DNA of 64,000 nt from a virus. Below, piece by piece: positions 38,040-47,120 of the stretch (its first letter is position 1; each line of letters starts with the position of its first letter). The notes beneath the pieces were generated by a model, which saw only the letters and a program-made list of their open reading frames with translations, made no database searches and was not told where the DNA came from. A program made the translations under genes and the position numbers. Where the stretch lies: the UHGV virus genome UHGV-2031204; one strand, given 5' to 3'.

Positions 38040-40352
38040 GTGGAATACATTTCTCCTTTTCGTTTAACGGTAGATGAATACCATCGTGATATCGATGTCA
38101 ACGATGCCTACCGCGAACAAGTCGCGTTATACATTCATAACGTGACAGCACAAAAATACCCTTTAGAGTTTTGTCGTCAGGAAGTTGATGCTCTTATTGC
38201 ACCTGGCGGTGAGTTAGCAACTGAATCTCCTGTGTGTAAGATGTGGGTGCGTAATCAGAAAACGGGCGATCGTGAGGAAAAATACACAACCGTCGATAAG
38301 TTATTTAAAACCGTCATTGACAAACAGATTATCTCCGCACCTTCGTTAACTTTTTATTTGCCCGAACACGTCAAACGTTCTAAGTTATCTGAATTCACAG
38401 CAGCTAACGTAGCGAAACGTGCCGCGGTAAAAAAGGAAATGTTTGCTGCTGCAGCAGCAGGCAATGAAGTATTAAAGATCAACAAAAAGAACGAACAGAA
38501 CGCGGTCAAGACGCTGAATAACGGAATGTCGGGTGCATTTTCCTCTCCGTACACGATTATTTTCAACCAGTCTTCACACTCCGTACTAACGTCCACTTGT
38601 CGTACTGCAACTTCGTTCGGCAATGCTGGTAATGAACGTTTATTAGGCGGTAATCGGCATTACGATACCCCGTCGCGTATTATCGATCATTTCTTATCTA
38701 TCGGTACCTTAACCGATTGGAATAGCTTTAAGAAATGTATGGAGACGTATGAGCTTCATTACCCGTCGGTAGAAGAGGTGATGGAAGTTATTCATTATTC
38801 TGCCGATTTCTACTTTAAGAGCGAAGCGGGGATGGAGTTCGTTGAGCATTACGTTAGTAATGTATCGCCGTTGACGCGTGCCGCGTTTGTTTACATGGGT
38901 GATTTTTTCCACCTGGCGAAATACAACGATAAGTTCATGCGCGACTTTATTGGCGCATTGATTACCCCTGATGTGCGTGTTGATACTGAGGGCTGGACTG
39001 ATACGGACTGGGTTGCTGCTGAGAAGACCATCGATGGTGATATGCAGATTATTATCTCACAGTTCCGTACCGACGTAGTACCGATGGGTAAGGCGTTCAG
39101 TGACGTTAAGAAATTTGACGGTAATAAAAAACCCTTGCCGTGGGATCAGCAGGACGGTTATAAAGAACTAATTCGTTCCGCGTTGTTCTTACAGAAAACG
39201 ATCGGTAAATACGCACTACTGATTCGCAATATTCTTACCACGAAAAATTTACCGATCAATATTGCCCGAATGCCGGATGTGGTTCGTCGTGTAGGTGTAG
39301 TGTCTGATACTGACTCTACAATGATGACTGCGCAATGGTGGGCAATCTGGTACACCGGTAAACATTACGGTGAAGTAGCGACCCGTGTTTCCAATGCGAT
39401 GATCTATATTGCGACACAGCACTTACGACATTTGATGGCGAGCATGTCAGCAAACATCGGTGTGGCGAAGGAGCGTTTGTTCCTGTATGCAATGAAGAAC
39501 GAATTTAAGTTTGATTCGTTTGCACTGACTACCAAAGCAAAACATTACTTCTCGTTGATTACCGGACAGGAAGGCCAGCTGAAAAAAGATCCCGAGCTGG
39601 AAGTAAAAGGTGTGTCTTTACGTACATCTAACATTCCTCCGATTATCATGAAGGAGTTTAAGAACACCATCAAAGGGTTATGTGAAGTTGTTGCCCGTGG
39701 TGATCAGATCGAAATCATTCCGTTGCTGGAAAAGGTTGCCCAAATCGAACACACGATTATGGATTCTATTCGTTCTGGGAATCCAGGGTATTTGAAAACG
39801 ACTAACATTAAGGAACGTAGCGCTTATAACGAGAAGGATGAAAAGAACTACCATTACCACCGAATGTATAATGCTATCTTTGGTCCGAAGTTTGGTTATT
39901 TGGAAGAACCGCCCTACGATGCTGTGAAACTTCCGGTAACGTTGGAAAACAAAACGAAGATTAAAGAATGGATTGACAGTATCGAAGATCCGATTATCAA
40001 GAACGGTGCATCGGCGTGGTTTGAGGAGACAAATTTCCGTAAATATAAAACGTTGATTCTACCAGAGCATTTGGTGGAAAACTACGGTATTCCTAAAGAA
40101 CTGATCGATATCGCAGATATCCGTCGTACTGCTTTCTCTACGGTTGAACCGTATTATCACATTCTTGAATGCTTAGGTGTGTTCATGATGGATAAGAATA
40201 GGATGAGACTGTTATCAGATTTCTACGATAGAGTCGAGGAAGAAGACGAGCTGTACAAGGAATTAGCAGAAGTACAATACGTTAAGAAATCGGAGAGGGC
40301 AGGAGATGACGAAGAAGATGAAGACGAAGAAGAGGTTTTTGACGACGAGTGA
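38040..40352 (+). CDS. hypothetical large protein with poly-acidic C-terminal tail
   Basis: GTG start after GAGGA; 770 aa; VGVVSDTDSTMM segment; C-terminus AGDDEEDEDEEEVFDDE. Confidence 0.7.
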   Translation: MEYISPFRLTVDEYHRDIDVNDAYREQVALYIHNVTAQKYPLEFCRQEVDALIAPGGELATESPVCKMWVRNQKTGDREEKYTTVDKLFKTVIDKQIISAPSLTFYLPEHVKRSKLSEFTAANVAKRAAVKKEMFAAAAAGNEVLKINKKNEQNAVKTLNNGMSGAFSSPYTIIFNQSSHSVLTSTCRTATSFGNAGNERLLGGNRHYDTPSRIIDHFLSIGTLTDWNSFKKCMETYELHYPSVEEVMEVIHYSADFYFKSEAGMEFVEHYVSNVSPLTRAAFVYMGDFFHLAKYNDKFMRDFIGALITPDVRVDTEGWTDTDWVAAEKTIDGDMQIIISQFRTDVVPMGKAFSDVKKFDGNKKPLPWDQQDGYKELIRSALFLQKTIGKYALLIRNILTTKNLPINIARMPDVVRRVGVVSDTDSTMMTAQWWAIWYTGKHYGEVATRVSNAMIYIATQHLRHLMASMSANIGVAKERLFLYAMKNEFKFDSFALTTKAKHYFSLITGQEGQLKKDPELEVKGVSLRTSNIPPIIMKEFKNTIKGLCEVVARGDQIEIIPLLEKVAQIEHTIMDSIRSGNPGYLKTTNIKERSAYNEKDEKNYHYHRMYNAIFGPKFGYLEEPPYDAVKLPVTLENKTKIKEWIDSIEDPIIKNGASAWFEETNFRKYKTLILPEHLVENYGIPKELIDIADIRRTAFSTVEPYYHILECLGVFMMDKNRMRLLSDFYDRVEEEDELYKELAEVQYVKKSERAGDDEEDEDEEEVFDDE

Positions 40353-40507
40353 GATTAATTCGATCCCGTGTAACGAACGTTGGTTCCGACTAAAGCCTGT
40401 TGTCAGTTTCGAAATCTACTACGACGATCCGTTAAACGGGTGGTTAGCACACGTAACCGGGCAGAATGTTTTTGTCATGGGATACGGATTACGGTAAAAA
40501 GAAAGTA

Positions 40508-40534
40508 AACGTTGCACCAAAGTGCAACGTTTTA
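40508..40534. terminator. hairpin terminator between convergent genes
   Basis: AACGTTGCACCAAAGTGCAACGTT hairpin followed by TTT. Confidence 0.5.
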
Positions 40535-40584
40535 ACTCTATTATATGGGGATTCGAAAGAATCCTCAGCGGGGGAGAGTAAGTC

Positions 40585-41646
40585 TTAATTTTCTAATGCC
40601 TGATATAATGGTAAAATTAACTCGTGTCGATAGTAATTTCTAGCCGACCGTGTAAGTTTTTCCAATATCTTCGCATCTTCGAATCTGGCTATACGCACCA
40701 TTAAATTGGATTTGTATTTGCTCATACTCGAGTTGTCGAACTGTAAGCAGAACAACGCCCAATACCAGTTCACGATGTTTCGATGCCAACTACCCTGAAT
40801 GGTTGAGCCTGGGTCTTTAAAAAGGATGCGGTCTACCGCAGTGGTAGGGTGTGCCGGATCATCAAAGAACTGTGGAATGTGTGCCATGACCACACCAGGT
40901 AAAGGTTTACCTGCACGAAGTGCTTTACACACTTGCGTTGCGTGTTTAATTGAAAGTTCACGTAAAGGCGGTGTAGGGACAACACGAAGTGGTGTTTCGG
41001 GTTCGACTTCTTTACCTGTTGCGACAGCGCGATGAATATTTAAAAATGCGATATTCATGTAGCTGGGTAGCATACGGTAAATGATGTGTCGCTGCGCGTA
41101 AACTACACGGTTAATCGGTTCGGATTGCGTTCGGTAATATTGTTCTGCAAGAACGTATTGCCATAGCAGTGCAACCAGATTAATTTCAATAATACTGATG
41201 CCACGGGGTTTGCCGTTCCCGAGACTCCAGTTAAGATTCGTGTACTCGTGATAAAGATAAACTGCAGGTGTGTAGTCACGAAAAGACAGTTCAGGATCAA
41301 TAGGACGTGCGACGAGTGAAATAATCTCATCTTGCCCTTCGATAAAGATCCCATTGAAAACTTGACCATACTCCCCCACAGAAGTTAGGTGTAGTGCATT
41401 ACCGATATCGGAAAGTTTGCGTCGACATGCCCACTCGATCTCTTCGTAGCTGGGTTCACCCGCATATCCGATAGCCGCTAAGATTTTGAGTACCAGATGG
41501 CCTGAAACAACACGGGTTTGAATGGACTCTAAATAGTTGCGAATGCGCTGATTATTATTTTTTACGGCACTGACCAATTGTATAGCGGAAGGGTCTTCGA
41601 ATTTACCCTTTATGGCTGCTTGGTTTAACTCGGCTTGACTGAACAT
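40585..41646 (-). CDS. hypothetical protein
   Basis: 353-aa minus-strand ORF, divergent from the 41855 gene across a region holding two promoter-like motifs. Confidence 0.7.
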   Translation of the reverse strand: MFSQAELNQAAIKGKFEDPSAIQLVSAVKNNNQRIRNYLESIQTRVVSGHLVLKILAAIGYAGEPSYEEIEWACRRKLSDIGNALHLTSVGEYGQVFNGIFIEGQDEIISLVARPIDPELSFRDYTPAVYLYHEYTNLNWSLGNGKPRGISIIEINLVALLWQYVLAEQYYRTQSEPINRVVYAQRHIIYRMLPSYMNIAFLNIHRAVATGKEVEPETPLRVVPTPPLRELSIKHATQVCKALRAGKPLPGVVMAHIPQFFDDPAHPTTAVDRILFKDPGSTIQGSWHRNIVNWYWALFCLQFDNSSMSKYKSNLMVRIARFEDAKILEKLTRSARNYYRHELILPLYQALEN

Positions 41647-41696
41647 GACTTACTCCTTGGGGTTACACATAGGAAACGGTCACAGTCTCACTCACA

Positions 41697-41731
41697 TTGA
41701 AAAATATCTGAGAAAGATATTATCTATGTGA
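41697..41731 (+). promoter_or_regulatory. conserved promoter-like element, extended copy 1 of 2
   Basis: TTGAAAAATATCTGAGAAAGATATTATCTATGTGA in divergent intergenic region. Confidence 0.55.
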
Positions 41732-41776
41732 TGGTTCGGTAGTTAATCATTTTAAGCTATGTGTGTTTTACGTGTA

Positions 41777-41811
41777 TTCTAAAATATCTTAGCTAGATAT
41801 TATCTACGTGA
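41777..41811 (+). promoter_or_regulatory. conserved promoter-like element, extended copy 2 of 2
   Basis: TTCTAAAATATCTTAGCTAGATATTATCTACGTGA, 43 nt upstream of ATG 41855. Confidence 0.55.
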
Positions 41812-41854
41812 ACCAACACTACAATTGTATTAAACCTTATAAGGATTAAGTAAA

Positions 41855-43702
41855 ATGGCTAAAGAGTTTATTGACAATCAAAACGACGTTGTGACTGGTG
41901 CTGCTGGTTCCGCTGCAGATCCAATTCCGTCTTTCGGTGGCGCGGGAGCTGCTACTGTGGATAATACCAATGCGGCCAACGCTTTTGGTGGGATGTCTAA
42001 AAACATCTCTACTTTCGATAAAGCTTTCGGATACATGTCTTTCGTGTCCACTGCTTCTCAGTTCACCAGCCTGATTGAGAAGATGGCGGAGAAGAATACA
42101 TACCTGCGTAACTTCCGTTGGGGTGTTATTGACGGCATCAACTCTGAAATGGGTTCTGCTGCATACGTGGCTGGTCCGTCTGGCGATAACCATAACGAAT
42201 GGCTCTACGGCATCCTGTTCTTTGAACATGGCCAGTCCATCCGTTTCTACGAAATCAACGGTAAAGAAAACTACTACACCCTGGCGCAGCTGTTCAGCCA
42301 AGAAGGTGTGATGAACAACATCACTAACCAGATTGCAACTCAGCACAACCTGCCAAGCGTACAGTTCATGGTAATGAACTGCGTACCGGAACTGGGTAAA
42401 ACCATGAACGAAGAATGGGCTAACCAGCTCATGGGCCAGATTGCACTGGGTATCTTCGGTCGTCATTCCGGCTACCTGGGCTACCTGAAAATGACCCGTT
42501 CTGATCGCTTCACCGCGCAAGTCAGCGTAGTTGAAGAAGGTTCTGTAACTGATGTTAACGGTTCTGCACAACGTGCTGACCTGATGGTTGTGGTTGACCA
42601 TACTCGCACCGGCAACAACGATAATAACCCGACGCTGTTCTCTTCTGAACGCCTCCAGAATTATCCGAGCGTTGCAGGTGTTGGTTACATCAACCTCCGC
42701 CATAAAGGTAAACCTCAGACCCTGACTAACGGTACTCAGGACCTGCGTCAGCTGGAAGCCGAAGTGGTTGTTTCCCTGATGGATTCTCAGTCCTCTGGGG
42801 CAATGGCACCTATCGAGCGTCAGCTGATTGAACTGGCCGCGTTCGCACAAATCGCCACTATCGGTGGCTGGCGTGAACGTTTCATGCAGTCGCTGAACAA
42901 AACCGATCGCCGCTTCTCCCGCGTTCTGGAGTATGTAGAATGGGGCAGCGAAAAACCTGACCTGAGCAAAATCGACGGTAACCGTGAAGTTATCGAGAAA
43001 TGCCTGGACACCTTCGCTAACCCGACTGCGGCCCTGGTGGTGAACCATCGTGCAGGTAACGGTATCGGTGGTCTGTCTACTCTCCTGAGCGAAATCGGGA
43101 TGGGTAACACCAACGCACTGTACACCCTGTTCAATATCCTGGATAACATGGCCAGCAACGGCGCGACTAAGTTCAGCACTCGCTTCAAAGCACTGCTGGG
43201 CAATGTCACCAACTTCGAGTGCAAACACGTTGTTATTGCCGGTTGCCCGACCATCTCTGGCCAGTATTTCAGCAACAGCCAGAAACGCAGCTTCCAGGAT
43301 ATGGACTTGGTTTCCGCTCTGACTAAAGTGGGTGATAACCAACGCGATGCGATCGACTACATCAGTGCACAGTCCTACTCTCACCGCTATCTGAATGCGC
43401 GTGACCAGCGTCTGTACCTGCTGAAAATGGCTGCGTCCATGTTCGGTAGCAAACAGCCGCAGGTAACGGGTGAAGCGTCTGACCTGGCGATCAATCCGCT
43501 GTTTGGTAAAGCACTGGTGGAATACATTACTGAAAACTGCAACTTCCAGGTGAATGGTGTTACCGCAGCGAACAGCCTCACTCACTCTGTGTTTGTTAAC
43601 ACGGGTAATGAGAACTTCGCGCTGTCTGGTAGCGGTCCTAACGCATTTGGTAGCGATTTCGGTATGTCCTTCGCTGCAACTGACTGGCGTCCGACTTTCT
43701 AA
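41855..43702 (+). CDS. highly expressed protein; candidate chimallin-like phage-nucleus shell protein (alternative: another abundant major protein)
   Basis: 615 aa; markedly host-optimal codon usage (CTG, CGT, GGT, AAC, TTC, ATC) unlike neighbours; two promoter-like motifs upstream; strongest terminator in window downstream; Gly/Ala-rich flexible N- and C-termini; no alignment possible. Confidence 0.35.
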   Translation: MAKEFIDNQNDVVTGAAGSAADPIPSFGGAGAATVDNTNAANAFGGMSKNISTFDKAFGYMSFVSTASQFTSLIEKMAEKNTYLRNFRWGVIDGINSEMGSAAYVAGPSGDNHNEWLYGILFFEHGQSIRFYEINGKENYYTLAQLFSQEGVMNNITNQIATQHNLPSVQFMVMNCVPELGKTMNEEWANQLMGQIALGIFGRHSGYLGYLKMTRSDRFTAQVSVVEEGSVTDVNGSAQRADLMVVVDHTRTGNNDNNPTLFSSERLQNYPSVAGVGYINLRHKGKPQTLTNGTQDLRQLEAEVVVSLMDSQSSGAMAPIERQLIELAAFAQIATIGGWRERFMQSLNKTDRRFSRVLEYVEWGSEKPDLSKIDGNREVIEKCLDTFANPTAALVVNHRAGNGIGGLSTLLSEIGMGNTNALYTLFNILDNMASNGATKFSTRFKALLGNVTNFECKHVVIAGCPTISGQYFSNSQKRSFQDMDLVSALTKVGDNQRDAIDYISAQSYSHRYLNARDQRLYLLKMAASMFGSKQPQVTGEASDLAINPLFGKALVEYITENCNFQVNGVTAANSLTHSVFVNTGNENFALSGSGPNAFGSDFGMSFAATDWRPTF

Positions 43703-43731
43703 TAAGTTGGTAAGTAGTAAGCAGTAGTTGA

Positions 43732-43774
43732 GGGACAGGGGAAAACCCCCTGTCCCTTCCCTCTCTTTTTTTGT
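43732..43774 (+). terminator. strong intrinsic terminator after the codon-optimised 615-aa gene
   Basis: GGGACAGGGGGAAAACCCCCTGTCCC hairpin followed by TTCCCTCTCTTTTTTTG. Confidence 0.85.
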
Positions 43775-43786
43775 TGAGGATTCGGC

Positions 43787-45394
43787 GTGGAACATAAACT
43801 AGAATATTACGGGATTTCGGGGCGACTAATTAGTCACGACAAGATGTTACGTGACTGTATACAAGAAGCGGAGGAAAAAGGCTACAAACCACCGATTATT
43901 ATCAATGACGTTGCTGCAACGATGGATACCATCGAAGCGTCGGAGATGATTAACCAAATACTCCAAAACCGAATCGTTGATGAAACACTCAACTCGGCTC
44001 CTATTTGCAGTCTGACCTGCGAATCACCTATTACCCATCGTTATAATCTTGGGCTACGTTGCCCACATTGCGGACATGTTGTTTCTGAACATCGGATTAC
44101 GTCCGATGTCTGGTTACGCGCCCCCGATGAGATGGGTAACTTTATCAATCCACGTTTTTGGTCTCTCTTTAATGCCTTCTTTGGCTCTAAGCTGAAAAAA
44201 TTTAATCGTAACAAAGTGACGGTAGAGCGCGGGTCTGATTTACTGCTGTGGCTAATCGATCCGTACTACCATCCAGAAAAGGACGAAGGAACACGTGCTC
44301 GCGTGGTGAAAAGAATACTCGGCGAACATGGCTTCGAACGGGGAATTCGAAACTTTATCGACCACCATCGAACCGTCTTTAATATCCTTACGTCCCCGGA
44401 AGCTTGGAAGGAGATTTATCCGCCAACGAAAAATAACCGTTATGAGAGTGAGCGCGTACGCTTAGAATGGCGTGAGTTCTTTCAGGAACAATCGTTCTCA
44501 TTCTTTCCAAGACACCTTCCGATTATTTCATCAAAACTGATCGTTACGGAGGAACGTCGACAAGGTATTTTTATCGATCCGGTTTATACCAGCGCTATCG
44601 ACGCAGTAAAAAATGTGGCGTTGTTGTACACGAATGCACGTCGTATCGAACCACGATTTATTATTCGTCGCGCAATCAAAGCGAATCGACAGCTTGCGTA
44701 TTTCTATATTGACCATCGTCAGGAAGTGATGGAAGGTAAACCTGGGTTCTATCGGGCAAAACTCGGGTCAACACACGTACCGTGGGGCGGACGTGTGACT
44801 ATCTCTCCTATCTCTGAACCTCACGATGCGTTGAAAGTTATTGCGCCTTGGCGTTGGTTGGTTCCGTTGGCGAGTGTTCACATCGAGAACAAGTTAGGTC
44901 GTCGTGATTATACACCTCGACAATGTGAGCGCATTATTGCATTTGCGGCAATGCAGTATGTACCGCTGGTACATGAAATTATTAATGAGTTGATTAAAGA
45001 ATCCCCCGGCGGATTCGGCTTAATGTTGGAAGTTCTGCGTAACCCAACATTGGTTCAACTTTCTATTCAGACATTGTTCATCTCAGCGGTACTGACAGAT
45101 GTAACACAATGTTCTCTGCGTATTTCTGATCGTGTCATCAAAGCGCCTAACGCTGATTTCGATGGCGACCAGTTACAATGCAGATTGGCAATCGACCAGA
45201 TTGAAATGGAACTGGGCATGGCTTATCGCCCAGACAACGGGTTTATGTCAAGCACGAATGTGGACGAGGTTTCGAGTTGTATGATTCTCCATAACGAGAA
45301 TATCAGCAACATAAACAGTTTCTTCCAGGATACTGAAGAGGACTTGGAAGCCGGTATCGCGCTTGACTCTGAATTATTAAAATTGGCGGGGTAA
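43787..45394 (+). CDS. multisubunit RNA polymerase beta-prime subunit, N-terminal module
   Basis: Canonical APNADFDGDQLQ catalytic motif near the C-terminus; Cys cluster CSLTCE...CPHCGH (zinc-binding-like); GTG start. Confidence 0.85.
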   Translation: MEHKLEYYGISGRLISHDKMLRDCIQEAEEKGYKPPIIINDVAATMDTIEASEMINQILQNRIVDETLNSAPICSLTCESPITHRYNLGLRCPHCGHVVSEHRITSDVWLRAPDEMGNFINPRFWSLFNAFFGSKLKKFNRNKVTVERGSDLLLWLIDPYYHPEKDEGTRARVVKRILGEHGFERGIRNFIDHHRTVFNILTSPEAWKEIYPPTKNNRYESERVRLEWREFFQEQSFSFFPRHLPIISSKLIVTEERRQGIFIDPVYTSAIDAVKNVALLYTNARRIEPRFIIRRAIKANRQLAYFYIDHRQEVMEGKPGFYRAKLGSTHVPWGGRVTISPISEPHDALKVIAPWRWLVPLASVHIENKLGRRDYTPRQCERIIAFAAMQYVPLVHEIINELIKESPGGFGLMLEVLRNPTLVQLSIQTLFISAVLTDVTQCSLRISDRVIKAPNADFDGDQLQCRLAIDQIEMELGMAYRPDNGFMSSTNVDEVSSCMILHNENISNINSFFQDTEEDLEAGIALDSELLKLAG

Positions 45395-45400
45395 TGAAAC

Positions 45401-45988
45401 ATGGGCATGTGGAACTTAGGCGGAACCATCTGGACGCGACAAACTGAAAATAGCGGGATGTATCGCTATTTCAGAGACAATTTCGATATTAACGCCTTTG
45501 CTCCCGACATGATCGAAAGCGTTAAACGAAAATGTAATGAGTTAATTTCATTAGAGCGTTTCCGTGAGATGTATGCAGCCGCACGCAAAGTACAGCACAG
45601 CGATGCGACTGACGTTGTACGACAATTGGAGAAGATAGGACAATTCCAGTTTGCAAACGCAACTTTACAGCCGTTGCTGATGGCATTGCCAGAATATCGA
45701 CAATTGTACAATAACAACATGGCGACCGGTTACGAGAACGGGTATTCGAAAATCGATAACTTCCGTGGTTCGGCGTATATGCATACGGACGATAACTTCC
45801 GCGAAGTAACGTCGGGTATGTCCAACGAGTACGATGAAGATCGTATTTGGAACTGGGTATCCAACGAAGATCGATCCAACAAACTCACGCGTGTAGAGCA
45901 AGTTGACATGCAAATCAACTGGGCACGTATGCGGAGTTTTGATTGGGAAGACGAAGATCCGTGTTCTGAACTCGGCGCTTCGTGTTAA
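45401..45988 (+). CDS. hypothetical protein
   Basis: 195-aa ORF starting 6 nt after the RNAP gene; terminator follows. Confidence 0.65.
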   Translation: MGMWNLGGTIWTRQTENSGMYRYFRDNFDINAFAPDMIESVKRKCNELISLERFREMYAAARKVQHSDATDVVRQLEKIGQFQFANATLQPLLMALPEYRQLYNNNMATGYENGYSKIDNFRGSAYMHTDDNFREVTSGMSNEYDEDRIWNWVSNEDRSNKLTRVEQVDMQINWARMRSFDWEDEDPCSELGASC

Positions 45989-45995
45989 TCGAAAA

Positions 45996-46026
45996 GAAGG
46001 GGATTGGGCACCCCCTTCTTTTTTCT
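45996..46026 (+). terminator. intrinsic terminator
   Basis: GAAGGGGATTGGGCACCCCCTTC hairpin followed by T-run. Confidence 0.8.
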
Positions 46027-46065
46027 TATTTACAGCAGCAGCTATCAATGTGATAGGAGTAGAGA

Positions 46066-46449
46066 ATGGCGATTGCAGTAGGCACGGTTTCTACACGCGG
46101 CTGGGCAAAAACTCCCCGTGAACGTATTCGTGAGATGATGAATCATTACACGGAAGCGGGGTATAGCCAATCGCAAATTTATCAAGGCAATGTCCGGTCA
46201 CTTGCGAAAGCAAAGCAAATGTTTGCTCAAGATCCCGACGGCTTAGCCAATCGGGTGAAAACAGACTTAACCACGCTTTACGAACATATTTTTCCTGAGG
46301 GGGTTGAAGTAGAGACAACCTGGGAATATTTGCCGGATACCGATGTACGCTACCGTATCATCATTCAAGCTCGCGTTATGTCGGGTGGGGTGTGGTATGA
46401 TGTGGAACGTTACGTTGAAACTGAATCATCAGTCATTGAGGATGAGTAA
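46066..46449 (+). CDS. hypothetical protein
   Basis: 127-aa ORF with AGGAGTAGAG RBS. Confidence 0.65.
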   Translation: MAIAVGTVSTRGWAKTPRERIREMMNHYTEAGYSQSQIYQGNVRSLAKAKQMFAQDPDGLANRVKTDLTTLYEHIFPEGVEVETTWEYLPDTDVRYRIIIQARVMSGGVWYDVERYVETESSVIEDE

Positions 46450-46451
46450 GG

Positions 46452-47120
46452 ATGGATCAAGAACCGGGAAAATTTAATGGTGTACCCATTGAAGAACTTT
46501 CTGGCCGTGCTAAGTTTGAGTTTGAGAAACTTCTTGAAATGGAAGAGATGCTTAAACAGGGCCAGGGTGTGTGCAGCGTGTTTACTGAATCGATGTTCCG
46601 TCGACAAGGTTTGCCGTTGTTGTCGGGGATGTTGGACGGTACGTTTAACGAAGATACCTGGACGGATTATGTAGGTAGTGCTTTCGTTCCGTTACAGATT
46701 GTTTCGGATTCGGATAATTCAAAACTACTCTTTACGATCCCGCCTCTGCTTAATACTGGTCGGTCACTCCAACACGTCGATGGCCAACCGTCGCTCACTG
46801 AAGAAACAGAGATGATTCGGCAACAAGCCGATATCATTTCCGAGGTCGGTGAACGGCAGATGTATCAGATGATCGACTATACGTTGGACGGTATCGAACA
46901 GTTGTCGTACGAAGAAAATGCACTTCGTGCGAAACAGACTATCGATCTGTTAAACTGGATCTTCCGTCGTTATAACGTGTCAGGACAATTACCTTATCCT
47001 GAAGGACTTGAAGAATTGTGCAATCGTATCCAGGGACAAAAGAAACCTATAACGGCGGCACAACCTGAACAGTCCTCCCCTGCTAAGGGAAGAAGAATCA
47101 TCGATGAAGAGGATTACTAA
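46452..47120 (+). CDS. hypothetical protein
   Basis: 222-aa ORF with AGGATGAGTAAGG upstream. Confidence 0.65.
   Translation: MDQEPGKFNGVPIEELSGRAKFEFEKLLEMEEMLKQGQGVCSVFTESMFRRQGLPLLSGMLDGTFNEDTWTDYVGSAFVPLQIVSDSDNSKLLFTIPPLLNTGRSLQHVDGQPSLTEETEMIRQQADIISEVGERQMYQMIDYTLDGIEQLSYEENALRAKQTIDLLNWIFRRYNVSGQLPYPEGLEELCNRIQGQKKPITAAQPEQSSPAKGRRIIDEEDY

Noticed and set aside
38040-40352. Family B DNA polymerase assignment based on the DTDS segment
   Set aside because: Candidate motifs A and B are weak and in the wrong order relative to DTDS; kept only as an unresolved large protein.
40306-40497. 63-aa ORF at the 3' end of the 770-aa gene
   Set aside because: Starts inside the acidic-tail coding region with 47-nt overlap and no RBS; the downstream hairpin is more simply the terminator of the 770-aa gene.
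41846-43795. 649-aa minus-strand ORF spanning the whole 41855..43702 gene
   Set aside because: Antisense to a gene with a clear RBS, strong codon bias and a terminator in the + orientation; the open antisense frame is a by-product of that bias, and its translation is Arg/Val/His-rich and random-looking.
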